A stretch of 60,073 nucleotides of DNA, from positions 1 through 60,073 of IMG/VR virus record IMGVR_UViG_3300016484_000569; one strand, given 5' to 3'. The stretch's first letter is position 1; every line of letters begins with the position of its first letter. The position numbers and the translations under genes were made by a program. Positions 9,493-19,555 of the stretch are shown here, piece by piece. The DNA comes from a virus. Its lineage: Duplodnaviria > Caudoviricetes. The notes under the pieces were generated by a model. The model saw nothing but the letters and a program-made list of their open reading frames with translations. It had not been told where the DNA came from and ran no database searches.

Positions 9493-10428
9493 TCAGGCGA
9501 TGTTACCGTACATTTGCCCCGCCGCACTCGACAAGTCACGGGCGAAGTTGGCGCGGCGTTTGTACAGGTCTTCGTAGATCGTCTTGTTCAGTTCGGACGC
9601 CGAGGTCGGGACGTTGGTCGGCAGTTGCGAGAGTCCAGACGCCGTGGCCTGCGCAGCACGAGCGTTCTCGCCGGTCACAGCGGCGGTACCGAGGCGGGTG
9701 CCTTCGATGGCGGCGCGGCGGCGGTTCGCATCCTGCAGACCCGGACGGTCGGACACACCAGCGGTGCGGTTGGCTTCGGCGAGACCGCGCTGCACGCCCA
9801 GTTGGGCGGTGGCATAGGCCTGCTCCGGGTTGGCCTGCCCCTGCTGGAGCAGCGAGCGCGCAGCGTCGAGACGCTGGTTGAACACACCACGCTCAGTGGC
9901 GGCGGTCTCGGCGTTGGCGATGAGGTTCTGGCGTTCCACCTCGGTCAGGTCCTGCGGAGCCTTGCCGAACATGGCGAAGGCCAACGGCGCGAGGTTGGCG
10001 GCGGTCAGGCCCGTGCCAAGGATACCACCGCCACCAAGGAGACCGCTGCCCGCCGTGGTGAGACCTGCCGTTGCCGCTGCGCCTGCGGCAGCCGCCGTCT
10101 TGGCGGTCGTGCCGAGGATCGACGCAGTGGAGCCGGGGGCCGCGCCGCTGAACAGACTGCCGACGGAACCGGTTGCCCCCGTGGCGGCAGCCTTGCCCGC
10201 GACACCGAAGGCACCAAGCCCTCCGATGGCTGCGCCAACCAAGGGGTTCACACCTGCGGCTGCCGCCCCAAGACCACCAATCGCGGCCCCGGTCAGCGCC
10301 GTCCCCAGCGTGCTGGAGATGCCGATGGCACCTGCGATGGGCGCAGCGACGAAGGGAGCGACGACCATGGCCGCCACCCCCGCGATCTTCTTGAGACCCT
10401 TCCAGATTTTAGAACCCCAGCCCATCAC
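9493..10428 (-). CDS. Gly/Ala-rich hydrophobic internal virion (DNA ejection) protein
   Basis: Basic N-terminus, long hydrophobic Gly/Ala segments, then coiled-coil-like region; synteny. Confidence 0.6.
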   Translation of the reverse strand: MMGWGSKIWKGLKKIAGVAAMVVAPFVAAPIAGAIGISSTLGTALTGAAIGGLGAAAAGVNPLVGAAIGGLGAFGVAGKAAATGATGSVGSLFSGAAPGSTASILGTTAKTAAAAGAAATAGLTTAGSGLLGGGGILGTGLTAANLAPLAFAMFGKAPQDLTEVERQNLIANAETAATERGVFNQRLDAARSLLQQGQANPEQAYATAQLGVQRGLAEANRTAGVSDRPGLQDANRRRAAIEGTRLGTAAVTGENARAAQATASGLSQLPTNVPTSASELNKTIYEDLYKRRANFARDLSSAAGQMYGNIA

Positions 10429-12023
10429 TGTTCTCCTTTGCCATCCATGCCACGCGCCTTGGCAATCATCTTGTCGAAGTGATCCGTGCCGAGTTTGCGC
10501 GTGACATCGGCGGGGATGACATATTCGCCCTCATGGGCGTTGATCGGGATCGAGCCATCGGGGTTCTTGCTCTTAGCCGGGAGCGGCCCACCCTTGGACA
10601 TCGACATCTCAGGAGCCTGCCCCGCCGACATGGGGGCCACTTGCTGCGGCGCGGGCGTCGTTGCCGCCCCACCCGTCATGGTCTTGCCGATGATGTAGAG
10701 GATGATGAGGAAGCCCTGATCGTACTCCTCGCCGACATCCTCGGCGTCCAGTATGCCCTGCCGGATCAGGACCTGCCGCAGTTGCGGCCACATCTCGGGG
10801 TTCTGCAGCGCCGCTGTGGCGACCTGCACGAACATGTTCAGTCCTTGCTCGTCGATCTCGCCCTCAGCTATGGACTTCTGGACCTCGGCTTTGATCTGGG
10901 CGACCTGCTGGGGGTTCTGCTGCAGGAACTGCTGCGCCTGCTGGTCGATGGCGGCAAAGTTCAGCGGCCGTCCCTGCCCCCCGGGCGGGGCCATGCCCAC
11001 CACCGGGGCACCCCCCTGCTGCGCGAGGTTCATCGCCATCGGCGAAGTCATCGGGCGCTGGGGGATACCGCCGGGGCCGACCATGCCACCCTCGGCATAG
11101 GACTGCATCGGCATGTTCAGCATCCGCGCCAGAGCGGGGGGCAGATCAAGGGAGCCTGTCGAAGGGCGGATCGGCATCCCACCATCCCCCACGTAGCCCC
11201 CGGCTTCATAGGTCGGCACTTGCGACCGCGCAGCATTGCGACGACTCACTTCCGCTCCATCCTCTTGGTTACCCGAATCGACCGACACGGTAGCGGGCGG
11301 GGTTACGACCGGCAGCGTGGGCGCAGCCGAAGACAGCAGCCCCCCAATGCCATCCGGCCCCAGCAGTCCGGTCCGACCGGAGTTGTCCTCGCGCGGCGTG
11401 CCGGGGGCACCTAGACCGGGGAACTCATTCGGCCCGGGGCTGGGCGCGGGGCGCGACTCGCGCTCGCCGACGTTGATGCCCGCGATCCGGGTGATGGCTC
11501 CCGACATCGGGTCCGGCAGGCCGAGCGTGCCCGTGCCGCTGCGCGACTCCGCCGGTCTGCCCATGCTGATGCCGAAGACGCTGGTGACCCGACCCGACAT
11601 CGGGTCCGGCAGACCAAGCGAGCCGGTGCCCCCCGTGGGGCGCACGCCGACGCCGGGCATCGAGCGATCCGCGATGATCTGGTTGACCTCGTCCCGCAGG
11701 TTGGTCGGGATCGGCGTGCCTTGGCTCTGGTAGTCTTGGATGGCGTAGCGCGCCGCCGCAGCTTGGTTGCGGGCGACGTTGGCCGGATCGGTCGAGGTCA
11801 AGCCGCGCAGCGAGAAGCCGGAGTAATCCAGCGTGGACCCGCTGTTGCTGCCGCCGCCGCTGCTGCTGCCGCCACTGTTCTGGACACTCGTCCCGGCTCC
11901 CGTGCCGCTGACCTTGTCGTTGTAGGTCTTGTAGCCCTGCTTCGCCATGTCGGCGCGGGCCGCATCCGCCGAAGCGTATGACTTCTTCTCCCCACTCGGG
12001 TACGAGACTGTGACGCGCGCCAT
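10425..12023 (-). CDS. Low-complexity internal virion protein with (Y/M)xxGG motifs and C-terminal SIPINAHEGEYVIPADV motif
   Basis: ATG 12023 preceded by GAGGAG; 93-bp internal duplication (GLPDPMSG) at ~11500 and ~11593. Confidence 0.6.
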   Translation of the reverse strand: MARVTVSYPSGEKKSYASADAARADMAKQGYKTYNDKVSGTGAGTSVQNSGGSSSGGGSNSGSTLDYSGFSLRGLTSTDPANVARNQAAAARYAIQDYQSQGTPIPTNLRDEVNQIIADRSMPGVGVRPTGGTGSLGLPDPMSGRVTSVFGISMGRPAESRSGTGTLGLPDPMSGAITRIAGINVGERESRPAPSPGPNEFPGLGAPGTPREDNSGRTGLLGPDGIGGLLSSAAPTLPVVTPPATVSVDSGNQEDGAEVSRRNAARSQVPTYEAGGYVGDGGMPIRPSTGSLDLPPALARMLNMPMQSYAEGGMVGPGGIPQRPMTSPMAMNLAQQGGAPVVGMAPPGGQGRPLNFAAIDQQAQQFLQQNPQQVAQIKAEVQKSIAEGEIDEQGLNMFVQVATAALQNPEMWPQLRQVLIRQGILDAEDVGEEYDQGFLIILYIIGKTMTGGAATTPAPQQVAPMSAGQAPEMSMSKGGPLPAKSKNPDGSIPINAHEGEYVIPADVTRKLGTDHFDKMIAKARGMDGKGEQ

Positions 12024-12025
12024 GC

Positions 12026-12373
12026 TCAACTCCTCAACTGCGCAATCAGCGTGTTAACTGCCTGCCGCAGAGCGGCGACGTCATTCATCAAAAGCTGCAC
12101 ATCCTTCACCAGAAGCTGGTAGTCGGACAAAGACGCCACCTGCGCACCGCTTATCGACAGTCCAGACCCTACAGCGGAAAGGGTGCGAAGTGAAGGCTCT
12201 GGTGCCGACGGTATGCGCACGGTCGAGCGCAGTATAGCACGACTCGACAAGTCTTGCTCGCCGCGTGTTCCGATCAGCAGTTCAACATTCTGCTTGATCG
12301 CACCGAGGAAGCGGTACTGCCACTCATCGACGCCGACCTGCGGCAGGCTCGGTATACCTGTGAAGCGTGCCAT
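12026..12373 (-). CDS. Hypothetical virion protein (C-terminal coiled coil)
   Basis: 115-aa ORF coupled to the nozzle gene (TAATG). Confidence 0.7.
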   Translation of the reverse strand: MARFTGIPSLPQVGVDEWQYRFLGAIKQNVELLIGTRGEQDLSSRAILRSTVRIPSAPEPSLRTLSAVGSGLSISGAQVASLSDYQLLVKDVQLLMNDVAALRQAVNTLIAQLRS

Positions 12374-14811
12374 TACGACCTCGCCAATGATGCGGGCGTC
12401 TCGCCCAGATGGATCGAGCGAATCCGCGCCGTGCCGGTGATGCGCGCCTCATAGGTGTCGGTCTTGTAGCCCGCCGGGAGGCGGAACACCGACTTGTCGG
12501 TGAGGTTGGTGGAGAAGATCAACTCCTTGTCCGCATAGAGGAAGAAGGTGATTGGCTCCTTCACCGACCACGTGAACTCGGCGTTCTGCCACGCGACATC
12601 ATAGGTGCCCCAGACCGGCGAGACCGCGGTGTCATCATAATCCGCCACGACGCGCGCCGCCCCCATGTTGAACGGCGTCTGCGCCACGAAGACCTTGGAG
12701 CGCCATTCGTAATCGGCGTTCGGTTGGGTCGGGTCATCCCAGCGCACGATGTCGCCGCTGGTGCCGGTCACATAGTAGAGGTAGCCGTCGACCGCATCGA
12801 ACCACGTCGCGGTGAAGGTGACGTCATGGTCGATGAAGTCGCCCACGGCGGAGGGGTCCTGTCCGCGCCGGTAGAAGAAGGAGCCGGTGCCATAGGAGCC
12901 GAAATACATGCTGTCGTAGAAGGCTGCCACCACCTGCGACGGGTCCAGCTTGGCATTCCATGTGTCGGGGCTATGCGCCCCGGCGGTAGCGATCTGCACC
13001 CCGCCGGTGAAGGAGGCCACGGCCAGACCTTCATGGGTGGCATACATCACCCCAACATCGGTCTGTACGATGCTGCGCTTGCTGAGGCAGGGATAGTTGG
13101 TGGAGTAGCGACTGATCGACAGGACCGACGGGTCGGAGCCGGAGATCGCATAGGGATAGCCCTTGGTCATCACCAGCAGGTCGCTGCCCAGTGCGACCAG
13201 ACCGACCACGTCGTATTCCAGCGAAATCTTGTATTTCTCCGGCCATGCGTGGAAGGTGCCCGGCTCGGTGAAGTAGATGTCGTTGCCGACGAAGCCCACC
13301 ATGATGTTGTTCTGCAGGACGGTCAGCCCTTGCAGGTTATCTGGCGGCGGGTCGTAGTCGTTCGAGGGCAGCACATCCGTCAGACTGCGGTAGTTGAAGT
13401 TGTCCACAAAGGCGAAGGTCACCCAGCCCCAGTAGTTGGCGGCATCCACCGTCGGGTTCTCGGCGATGTCGTAATACATGATGCCATAGGCCGTCGTCTC
13501 CGGGGTGTCGGCACCGGCATGGCTATAAGTCAGCGTGAAGCGATCCGGCACCGATGCCACTTTCAGGTCGGCGACGTCAAAACCCGCGACCGTGCAGCCT
13601 GCGAGGCGGAAGCGATCATCGACCGCATATTTGTGTGCCTCTGAGAATTTGATGGTGACGGTGCCCGCTTGGCGCGCGACCGATTTGATGACTTGCGGGA
13701 ACCAGAGGGTGGCCAGCCGGAAGTAATCCGCTTCGCCGGTGTCGGCGGTCGTCGACAGCGTGCGATACAGGCGAATACCCCGGATATAGTTCACACCAGC
13801 AGGCGGGGCGGACGGAAGATCGGAGACCGTGACGACCTGACCTTCCTTGATGAACAGGGCGGTGGAGGGGGCGGAGCCAATCGACTCCTCCTCCCATGGG
13901 GTATACCACGTGTAGAGGTAGTTGCGTGCCTGCACCAAGCCGCCGAGATCGACCTTGCCATCGGTGTTGGCCGTCGTCCCGACCTGCGCGCCGGGCGAGT
14001 AATAGGTCAGCGTGGTGGGATTGATGACCGTCACCTCGGTGGTGACGTTCAGGTCGCGGATGTCCCAGCGGCAGTCGCCCGAGGTCGCCCCGGAGACCGT
14101 GTCGATGAGGGTGATGGTGTTGGTGCCGGTGACCGTCACGGTATAGGCCCCGGTGGTCGCCGTGCCCGAGGTGAACTCGATGTAGATGCGCGTGCCGGTC
14201 ACCAGTCCGTGATCGCTGATCGTGACGGTGATGGTGGTGCCCGTGCGCGAATAGGTGCCAGTCCGGTAAGAGAAGCCGGAGATCGTCGCCAAGGCCCCGT
14301 CCTTGAGATTGTGCGGCGCGCTGGTAACCAGCGTGACGTTGCCACCGCCATCGCGGGCGAAGCTGGCCGAAGTCAGGGTGGTGAAGGTGCTGGGCACCGC
14401 CGTCGGCTTGACCGTCGGCAGCGGCAGGCCGAGTTCGTAATAGCCCCCGGCGGCCGGGTAGGGCGCGGCCCCGGCCGTCGCCAGCGCATAGGTGCTGACC
14501 TTGGGTGCACCGTCCCCGGTGTAATAGAAGCGCTGCTCATCCAGCGCGTCTGCTGCCGGGGTGACGATGTCCACCTCTTGCGACCATGTCAGCCACTTGA
14601 GGTCCGCCGTGGCCGGATCGCGCAGCGCGTAGAGCGTGCGGATCGTGCCCGTGCGGCCTGCTGCCGCGGCCACCGCCGGAGTCGGGATCGGGATCAGGTC
14701 CCCCGAGTAGAGTTTGACGTTGCGCGCCACCTGTGCGGAGGTCCCCGGCAGCAACTCCGGGGAAACGCGCGGCAATGTCCCTTTGAACTCGGCGATCTTG
14801 GTGGTGGTCAC
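12373..14811 (-). CDS. Tail nozzle/stabilization protein (tail tubular B-like) with FCCH-like beta-domain insertions
   Basis: YLYTWYTPWEEESIGSAPS and PPDNLQGL...IYFTEPGTFHAWP segments are typical of podovirus tail stabilization proteins; 812 aa; precedes the internal proteins. Confidence 0.7.
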   Translation of the reverse strand: MTTTKIAEFKGTLPRVSPELLPGTSAQVARNVKLYSGDLIPIPTPAVAAAAGRTGTIRTLYALRDPATADLKWLTWSQEVDIVTPAADALDEQRFYYTGDGAPKVSTYALATAGAAPYPAAGGYYELGLPLPTVKPTAVPSTFTTLTSASFARDGGGNVTLVTSAPHNLKDGALATISGFSYRTGTYSRTGTTITVTISDHGLVTGTRIYIEFTSGTATTGAYTVTVTGTNTITLIDTVSGATSGDCRWDIRDLNVTTEVTVINPTTLTYYSPGAQVGTTANTDGKVDLGGLVQARNYLYTWYTPWEEESIGSAPSTALFIKEGQVVTVSDLPSAPPAGVNYIRGIRLYRTLSTTADTGEADYFRLATLWFPQVIKSVARQAGTVTIKFSEAHKYAVDDRFRLAGCTVAGFDVADLKVASVPDRFTLTYSHAGADTPETTAYGIMYYDIAENPTVDAANYWGWVTFAFVDNFNYRSLTDVLPSNDYDPPPDNLQGLTVLQNNIMVGFVGNDIYFTEPGTFHAWPEKYKISLEYDVVGLVALGSDLLVMTKGYPYAISGSDPSVLSISRYSTNYPCLSKRSIVQTDVGVMYATHEGLAVASFTGGVQIATAGAHSPDTWNAKLDPSQVVAAFYDSMYFGSYGTGSFFYRRGQDPSAVGDFIDHDVTFTATWFDAVDGYLYYVTGTSGDIVRWDDPTQPNADYEWRSKVFVAQTPFNMGAARVVADYDDTAVSPVWGTYDVAWQNAEFTWSVKEPITFFLYADKELIFSTNLTDKSVFRLPAGYKTDTYEARITGTARIRSIHLGETPASLARS

Positions 14812-14821
14812 GGGCAGGTCC

Positions 14822-15004
14822 TCAGTATTTCTTCCCCACAGGCGTGGAGGTGAGCAGGCGCAGGCCCATGTTGACCACGGCCACGATGATGACAGCGGCG
14901 GTCGGGCTGACGTGATCCGCCCAGTTGACCCCGGCTGCCCATGTCAGCAGCGCGGAGGTCACGACCACGGCGGCGTTCCATCCCAGAGTGCGGAATCCCT
15001 TCAT
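14822..15004 (-). CDS. Putative holin (60 aa, two TM helices, basic C-terminus)
   Basis: ATG 15004 with GAGGAG RBS; directly downstream of the endolysin. Confidence 0.65.
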   Translation of the reverse strand: MKGFRTLGWNAAVVVTSALLTWAAGVNWADHVSPTAAVIIVAVVNMGLRLLTSTPVGKKY

Positions 15005-15014
15005 GACAGTCTCC

Positions 15015-15422
15015 TCAGGCCGGGTAAATCCGGCGATCCAGTTCGAAGTGGGGCAGGTCCTTGAAGGTGCGCCAGTCGCCGCCCCACACAATGGCGACCA
15101 TCTCGCGGTCCGCCGCCGCCTTGATGGCATCGGCGATCTGGGTCAGCAGGCGCGGGTTCGCCATCTCGACGAACTCAACCTTGCCGTCGACATCGAGGTC
15201 CACCCATGCGTACAGGTCCACCGCGTGACCCGTCAGGTGGCGACTCTTGAGCGTCGTCGACGCGCCCTTGGCGAGAAGCTGCCGCTGGCGCTCCAGCGTG
15301 CGCAGTCCCTCGGTGATGACGAAGTCATGCGGGCTTTCCTGCAGTGCCCGGTCCAGCACGCGGCGCAGGGCCGGATGGATGCCCGTCAGATTCTTCAAGC
15401 TGCGTTCGGACCACGTTCTCAT
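15015..15422 (-). CDS. Endolysin, peptidase M15 (L-Ala-D-Glu peptidase-like)
   Basis: ITEGLRT..RQ, SRHLTGHAVD and WGGDW...DLPHFEL zinc-ligand motifs. Confidence 0.9.
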   Translation of the reverse strand: MRTWSERSLKNLTGIHPALRRVLDRALQESPHDFVITEGLRTLERQRQLLAKGASTTLKSRHLTGHAVDLYAWVDLDVDGKVEFVEMANPRLLTQIADAIKAAADREMVAIVWGGDWRTFKDLPHFELDRRIYPA

Positions 15423-15429
15423 GTCAACC

Positions 15430-15750
15430 TCAGGCGATGTCGTCGACGATCTTGACCTTGATGTAGGAAGCGTTCGGGAAGGTCTCGACGGTATTGTCGG
15501 TATAGGTCACCTCAAACTCGGCATTGTATGTGCCGACCGTGTCAGTGTTCGAAGCAGTCCAGTTATACCGCACAATGCCGGAGGCGGCGCTGACGATGGT
15601 CGCGGCTGCGTCCACCTTGGCAGTCGTCGCCCCCTGCTTGCGCATATGGAAACGAACTATCGCCCCCAACAGGTTGACGGGATTGCCGTCGGTGTCTTTC
15701 AGCGTGGCTTGGATCGCCGGGCTGGTGTCATTCTGCTTGATATAGAACAT
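15430..15750 (-). CDS. BppU N-terminal-like Ig-fold fibre adaptor
   Basis: IKQNDT...PVNL...GIVRYNW...GTYNAEFEVTY...ETFPN pattern. Confidence 0.65.
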   Translation of the reverse strand: MFYIKQNDTSPAIQATLKDTDGNPVNLLGAIVRFHMRKQGATTAKVDAAATIVSAASGIVRYNWTASNTDTVGTYNAEFEVTYTDNTVETFPNASYIKVKIVDDIA

Positions 15751-15753
15751 CGG

Positions 15754-16590
15754 TCACTCCGCCTGAGTCTGCCCAACATACGCACCAACTGCAGAGTTGG
15801 CATTATCTGCCGCAGCAAAGTTGGCACCACCATACACTTCGACGACGCTTCCGTCGACCTCTATTGCCACGGCATTCGTGCTGCTCATGACCATGACATC
15901 GGAGGTCAGGTCCGCGACGGGCTGGACATCGTCGCTGAGCGTGACAGAGACATGCCTGCGCCGGGTCGCATAGAACTCACCCAAGGTGACCGCCGACAGC
16001 ACCGGTGCCCCGGCGGTGAGGGTGACAGCGGTGAGTGCCCAGCGGTTACGCAGGCGCGGCCCGGGCGGCAGGAAAGTCGCCGCGGCCCCGGTCAAGGCGA
16101 CACTGGTCAGGTTGTGGATTTGCTTGACGGCGAGCGGACTCACCGTGGCGGGTCCTGCCGCGATCCCCGTGGAGCCGAACGTATGGGTCTGGGCGATCTG
16201 AGGCGTGGCGAGGACGACCGCGCTGGAGGTCACCGCAGCCGCAGAGAGCGCATGCTCCTGTCCGAGGCTGGCCGCCCCGACCGTTGCTGCGGTCGCCACG
16301 ATGGCTGCGCTGGACAGGCCATGCGTCTGCTGGATGGCCGGGGTGCCAAGGTCCGGTGCTCCGGTGACGACAGCCGTGGCGGCGAAACTTTTGACCTCGG
16401 ACAAGGCGACCGCAGTGGCGACTGCGGCACCGGACGCGACTGCCGCCGCGCCAAGCGCATGCTCCTGCCCAAGGCTGGCACTGCCGACGACCGCCGCACC
16501 TGCGACAATGCTGGCCGCAAACAGTCCGCCGCCCTCGGTCCCTCCATCATCGCCGAAAGGGGCATAGGTTAGGGGGTAGAAACCGAGCAC
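15754..16590 (-). CDS. Repetitive fibre/appendage protein
   Basis: GTG start; ~25-aa Ala/Val/Thr repeats (ASLGQEHAL twice). Confidence 0.55.
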   Translation of the reverse strand: MLGFYPLTYAPFGDDGGTEGGGLFAASIVAGAAVVGSASLGQEHALGAAAVASGAAVATAVALSEVKSFAATAVVTGAPDLGTPAIQQTHGLSSAAIVATAATVGAASLGQEHALSAAAVTSSAVVLATPQIAQTHTFGSTGIAAGPATVSPLAVKQIHNLTSVALTGAAATFLPPGPRLRNRWALTAVTLTAGAPVLSAVTLGEFYATRRRHVSVTLSDDVQPVADLTSDVMVMSSTNAVAIEVDGSVVEVYGGANFAAADNANSAVGAYVGQTQAE

Positions 16591-16603
16591 TTAGTCGCCC
16601 CCT

Positions 16604-16981
16604 TTAGAACGGGTTTGTCGGCGGAACCGGCCACGCAATAGCAAACGGGTTGGGTTGTGTCGTCACATCCCGCAAGTCTTGGCGGTACTGTACCGTCTCT
16701 TGCGGTACAGGCTCGCCCCTCTCATACGCGCGAACGACGTAGACGTCAGACTGCGACAGCAGTCTGTTGCGCTGCTCGCGTACAGCGGTCCACTGGATCG
16801 CGGTCTCCGCCTCGTTTGGATCGCGGACGTACCAGCCGGTGCCGGTCCACTCCAAGACTTGGCCGGACTGCATTGGCGGGATCGGTCCAGCCAGCATGAA
16901 GTCGTTGATGTCGTACTTCGACATGTCCTCGGGCAGAGGATGCGGATACGCGCCCTTGTAGCTGTAGAGATCGGTCATCAC
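16604..16981 (-). CDS. Tail fibre assembly chaperone
   Basis: [13 protein letters not shown]...YRQDLRDV...AIAWP motif; follows a Gly-rich fibre gene. Confidence 0.8.
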   Translation of the reverse strand: MMTDLYSYKGAYPHPLPEDMSKYDINDFMLAGPIPPMQSGQVLEWTGTGWYVRDPNEAETAIQWTAVREQRNRLLSQSDVYVVRAYERGEPVPQETVQYRQDLRDVTTQPNPFAIAWPVPPTNPF

Positions 16982-18099
16982 AGGTCTCCCGTGTTAGTGG
17001 ACGGGAACGCCCGGTTCGGACCCCAGATGATGCGAACAGCACCGGAGCCACCGGAACCGGCGAAGTAGCCCGTAATGTCGGCACCAGCGCCACCGCCGCC
17101 ATAAGCGCCACCGAACCCATTAGCGGTTCCGCTTGCACCGCCCGATCCACCACCGCCACCGCCTGCCACACCACTAGTTGCGCCGCCAGTGCCGCTGGTC
17201 CCTTGGCCAAGGATTCCAACACCGCCGCCACCGCCGCCGCGACCGTTGGAAATGTTCGACCCGCCGCCACCGCCGCCAGCGCCTCCTGTCCCGGATGAGC
17301 CAGCAGTAGCAGTGCCGCCGCCAGCGCCACCGTTTCCGCTATACCCACCAGCGCCGCCACCACCAACGCCAGCATTGTTTGTCGATGCGCCGCTGCCGCC
17401 CTGCCCGCCTTGAGTAGATGGAAAACATGCGCCGCCAGAGCCACCGGGACCGGGAATAGTGATCGACGCCGCCCCACCACCAAAACCACAGACAGTGCTG
17501 GTGTTGACGAAGTAACTGTTGCCGCCCGCAGTAGGGGTTGCGGAATTCCCAGCAGCACCACCTGCGCCAACGACAACCGTATAAGCCGTGCCGGGAGTGA
17601 CAGCATAATTGTTGATCCAGCCAAGACCACCGCCACCACCACCGTGTCCGCCAGCGGCGGCGGCGAAGCCACCGCCGCCACCACCAACAGCGACCACGTT
17701 CACGTAGTAGACACCAGCAGGGCAGACCCATGAATAGGTTCCGGGGCTGGTGTATGCGGTCTGACCCGTGGTGGTGGTCGGGTTGACAAAGGGGCTGGCA
17801 GGAACGGGAATATCTTGTGCTGCGACAGTACCGTAGATGACTGCGCTGCCAGACAGGTTCAACAAAGAGCCGGTGCTGGACTCGGTGAGTACCCGCGTGA
17901 GGACCCCGGTGGAGGCGGTGTAGACACCCTCCCCGATCTCCCAGTTGTTGCCGTCCTCGATGGCGTAGCGAATGGTGTCGCCGTTAACCGCGCCAGCGGC
18001 GGCAAAAGACTGGAAGCCAGTAACCACAGACCCGAGCGTGACAGCGCCCGTGCCGGTCGTGGTAGTGGACATCTTGGCGCGGTTAATGAGCTTCGGCAC
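16978..18099 (-). CDS. Glycine-rich tail fibre/receptor-binding protein
   Basis: N-terminal anchor ([15 protein letters not shown]...WEIGEG) followed by [15 protein letters not shown]...VGGGGGG...GAVRIIW Gly-rich domain. Confidence 0.75.
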   Translation of the reverse strand: MPKLINRAKMSTTTTGTGAVTLGSVVTGFQSFAAAGAVNGDTIRYAIEDGNNWEIGEGVYTASTGVLTRVLTESSTGSLLNLSGSAVIYGTVAAQDIPVPASPFVNPTTTTGQTAYTSPGTYSWVCPAGVYYVNVVAVGGGGGGFAAAAGGHGGGGGGLGWINNYAVTPGTAYTVVVGAGGAAGNSATPTAGGNSYFVNTSTVCGFGGGAASITIPGPGGSGGACFPSTQGGQGGSGASTNNAGVGGGGAGGYSGNGGAGGGTATAGSSGTGGAGGGGGGSNISNGRGGGGGGVGILGQGTSGTGGATSGVAGGGGGGSGGASGTANGFGGAYGGGGAGADITGYFAGSGGSGAVRIIWGPNRAFPSTNTGDL

Positions 18100-18109
18100 G
18101 GGTCAGCCC

Positions 18110-18490
18110 TCACGCGGGGTCAGGGAAGCGGATGACCGCGGAGGTCAATGTGAAGCTGTTGCCACTGGTCACAACCTGCGTGGCGGACAGGGACCCGGTT
18201 GCCAGCAGACGCGAGTTCACCGTGTCGGTGATGGCGTAGAAGGCAGCCGTACCGTTGCCGGTGACCGACCCGTTGGTCACAGCATTGACCGTGACCTGCC
18301 GTCCATTGGGCGTGCCGTCCGTCGGCGAGCCGATACCCGGGTAGTTCGCGCCGCTGGCAAAGCCCAGCGAATAGGTCACAGTCGCCTGCGTGAAGGTGGT
18401 CGGCTCGGTCGAACAGATGTCGATGCGGTTGGCTTCGGTGTCGAGGACGGTCAGGCCGTTGTCGAACACGCGGTCTCCGATAGATGCCAT
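18110..18490 (-). CDS. Small tail fibre-associated structural protein
   Basis: 126 aa beta-rich ORF with GAGGA RBS, within the fibre cluster. Confidence 0.55.
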   Translation of the reverse strand: MASIGDRVFDNGLTVLDTEANRIDICSTEPTTFTQATVTYSLGFASGANYPGIGSPTDGTPNGRQVTVNAVTNGSVTGNGTAAFYAITDTVNSRLLATGSLSATQVVTSGNSFTLTSAVIRFPDPA

Positions 18491-18518
18491 GGTCAGGTCC
18501 TCGCTTGGTTACGGGAGG

Positions 18519-18773
18519 TCATTTGCGAAGCGCCTCCTCAATGCTGTCGAGCTTCGACATGACAGCCTTGAAGCTATCCCGAAGCTCCTTGAACTCCCGG
18601 TCGTGCGCTTGCTTGTTCGCCACGGCCTCAGCCTTGAGGACGGCAAGATCGGTGCGGTGATCTTGCTGGGTCTTGTGTAGCATCCAGAGCACCCCCGCCA
18701 TCGGCGCGACGAGCCATTTCAGCAGCGTGTCCGCGATCTTCATAAGTTCTACCCAAGCGCCTGTATCCTGCAT
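18519..18773 (-). CDS. Membrane-anchored coiled-coil protein (possibly lysis-associated)
   Basis: AAGGAG RBS; one TM segment (LLKWLVAPMAGVLWML) then coiled coil. Confidence 0.6.
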   Translation of the reverse strand: MQDTGAWVELMKIADTLLKWLVAPMAGVLWMLHKTQQDHRTDLAVLKAEAVANKQAHDREFKELRDSFKAVMSKLDSIEEALRK

Positions 18774-18783
18774 CACCGTCTCC

Positions 18784-19554
18784 TTATGCGAACTTGGGCG
18801 CGCGGACGAGGAGCGTCCCACGCGCATTGCCGAGATTGGCTCGCGCCCGACGCTCGATGAGGCTGAACAGTGCCTGCTTCGCATGGTATGCTGCCGCCTG
18901 CCGGTCAGCCCACGTGACATTGGGCATGACCAGAAGGTTCTGGAGCGCGAGATGAAAGATCGCATCTTCCAGATCGTTGAATGTCGCTTCGTCCATGCCA
19001 GCCGCGTCACGGGATGGCTTCAATGCGTAGAACATACGCACGGTATAGGTCTGCACATCGTCCGGCATCGGCAGAACGATGAACTTGTCCGGGTTGACCT
19101 GCGTGATGGCGCGCGGCTGCGAAGCCATCTCGACGAACTCCGGCGGCGTGACCAGCGGGTAGCTCTCGTTGAACTCCTGTTGGTTATACTCGTCGGTGTT
19201 GATGGTGCCTGAGGGGGTGATACTCCACAGGGTGTCGGGGTCCAGCCCGCCGAACATGTCGGCCCAGAGCGGGAACTGCGTGAGCGCCTGTTCCAGCGTC
19301 AGCACATCCATCGGGAACCCGTTCATCTGCACCCCGAGCACCGCGTGCACATCGGAGCCTGCAGGCTTGATGAAGTCGTACTCGTGGATGCCGGGGGTCA
19401 GGTTGAATTGCGACTGCGCAAGCCTCCACGCCAGCGTCCGCTCGCACACCTTGATCGCCGCCTCGCGGATATGCGAGATCAACACCGGCGCGGGGCACCC
19501 GGGGGTATAAGCGTTCACCCGGTTGACGAGGGTCGTGAAGTTGCGCGTTGCCAT
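18784..19554 (-). CDS. Head-tail adaptor-like protein
   Basis: YTPGCPAPV...IREAAIKVCERT..W N-terminus; synteny. Confidence 0.6.
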   Translation of the reverse strand: MATRNFTTLVNRVNAYTPGCPAPVLISHIREAAIKVCERTLAWRLAQSQFNLTPGIHEYDFIKPAGSDVHAVLGVQMNGFPMDVLTLEQALTQFPLWADMFGGLDPDTLWSITPSGTINTDEYNQQEFNESYPLVTPPEFVEMASQPRAITQVNPDKFIVLPMPDDVQTYTVRMFYALKPSRDAAGMDEATFNDLEDAIFHLALQNLLVMPNVTWADRQAAAYHAKQALFSLIERRARANLGNARGTLLVRAPKFA

Positions 19555-19555
19555 G

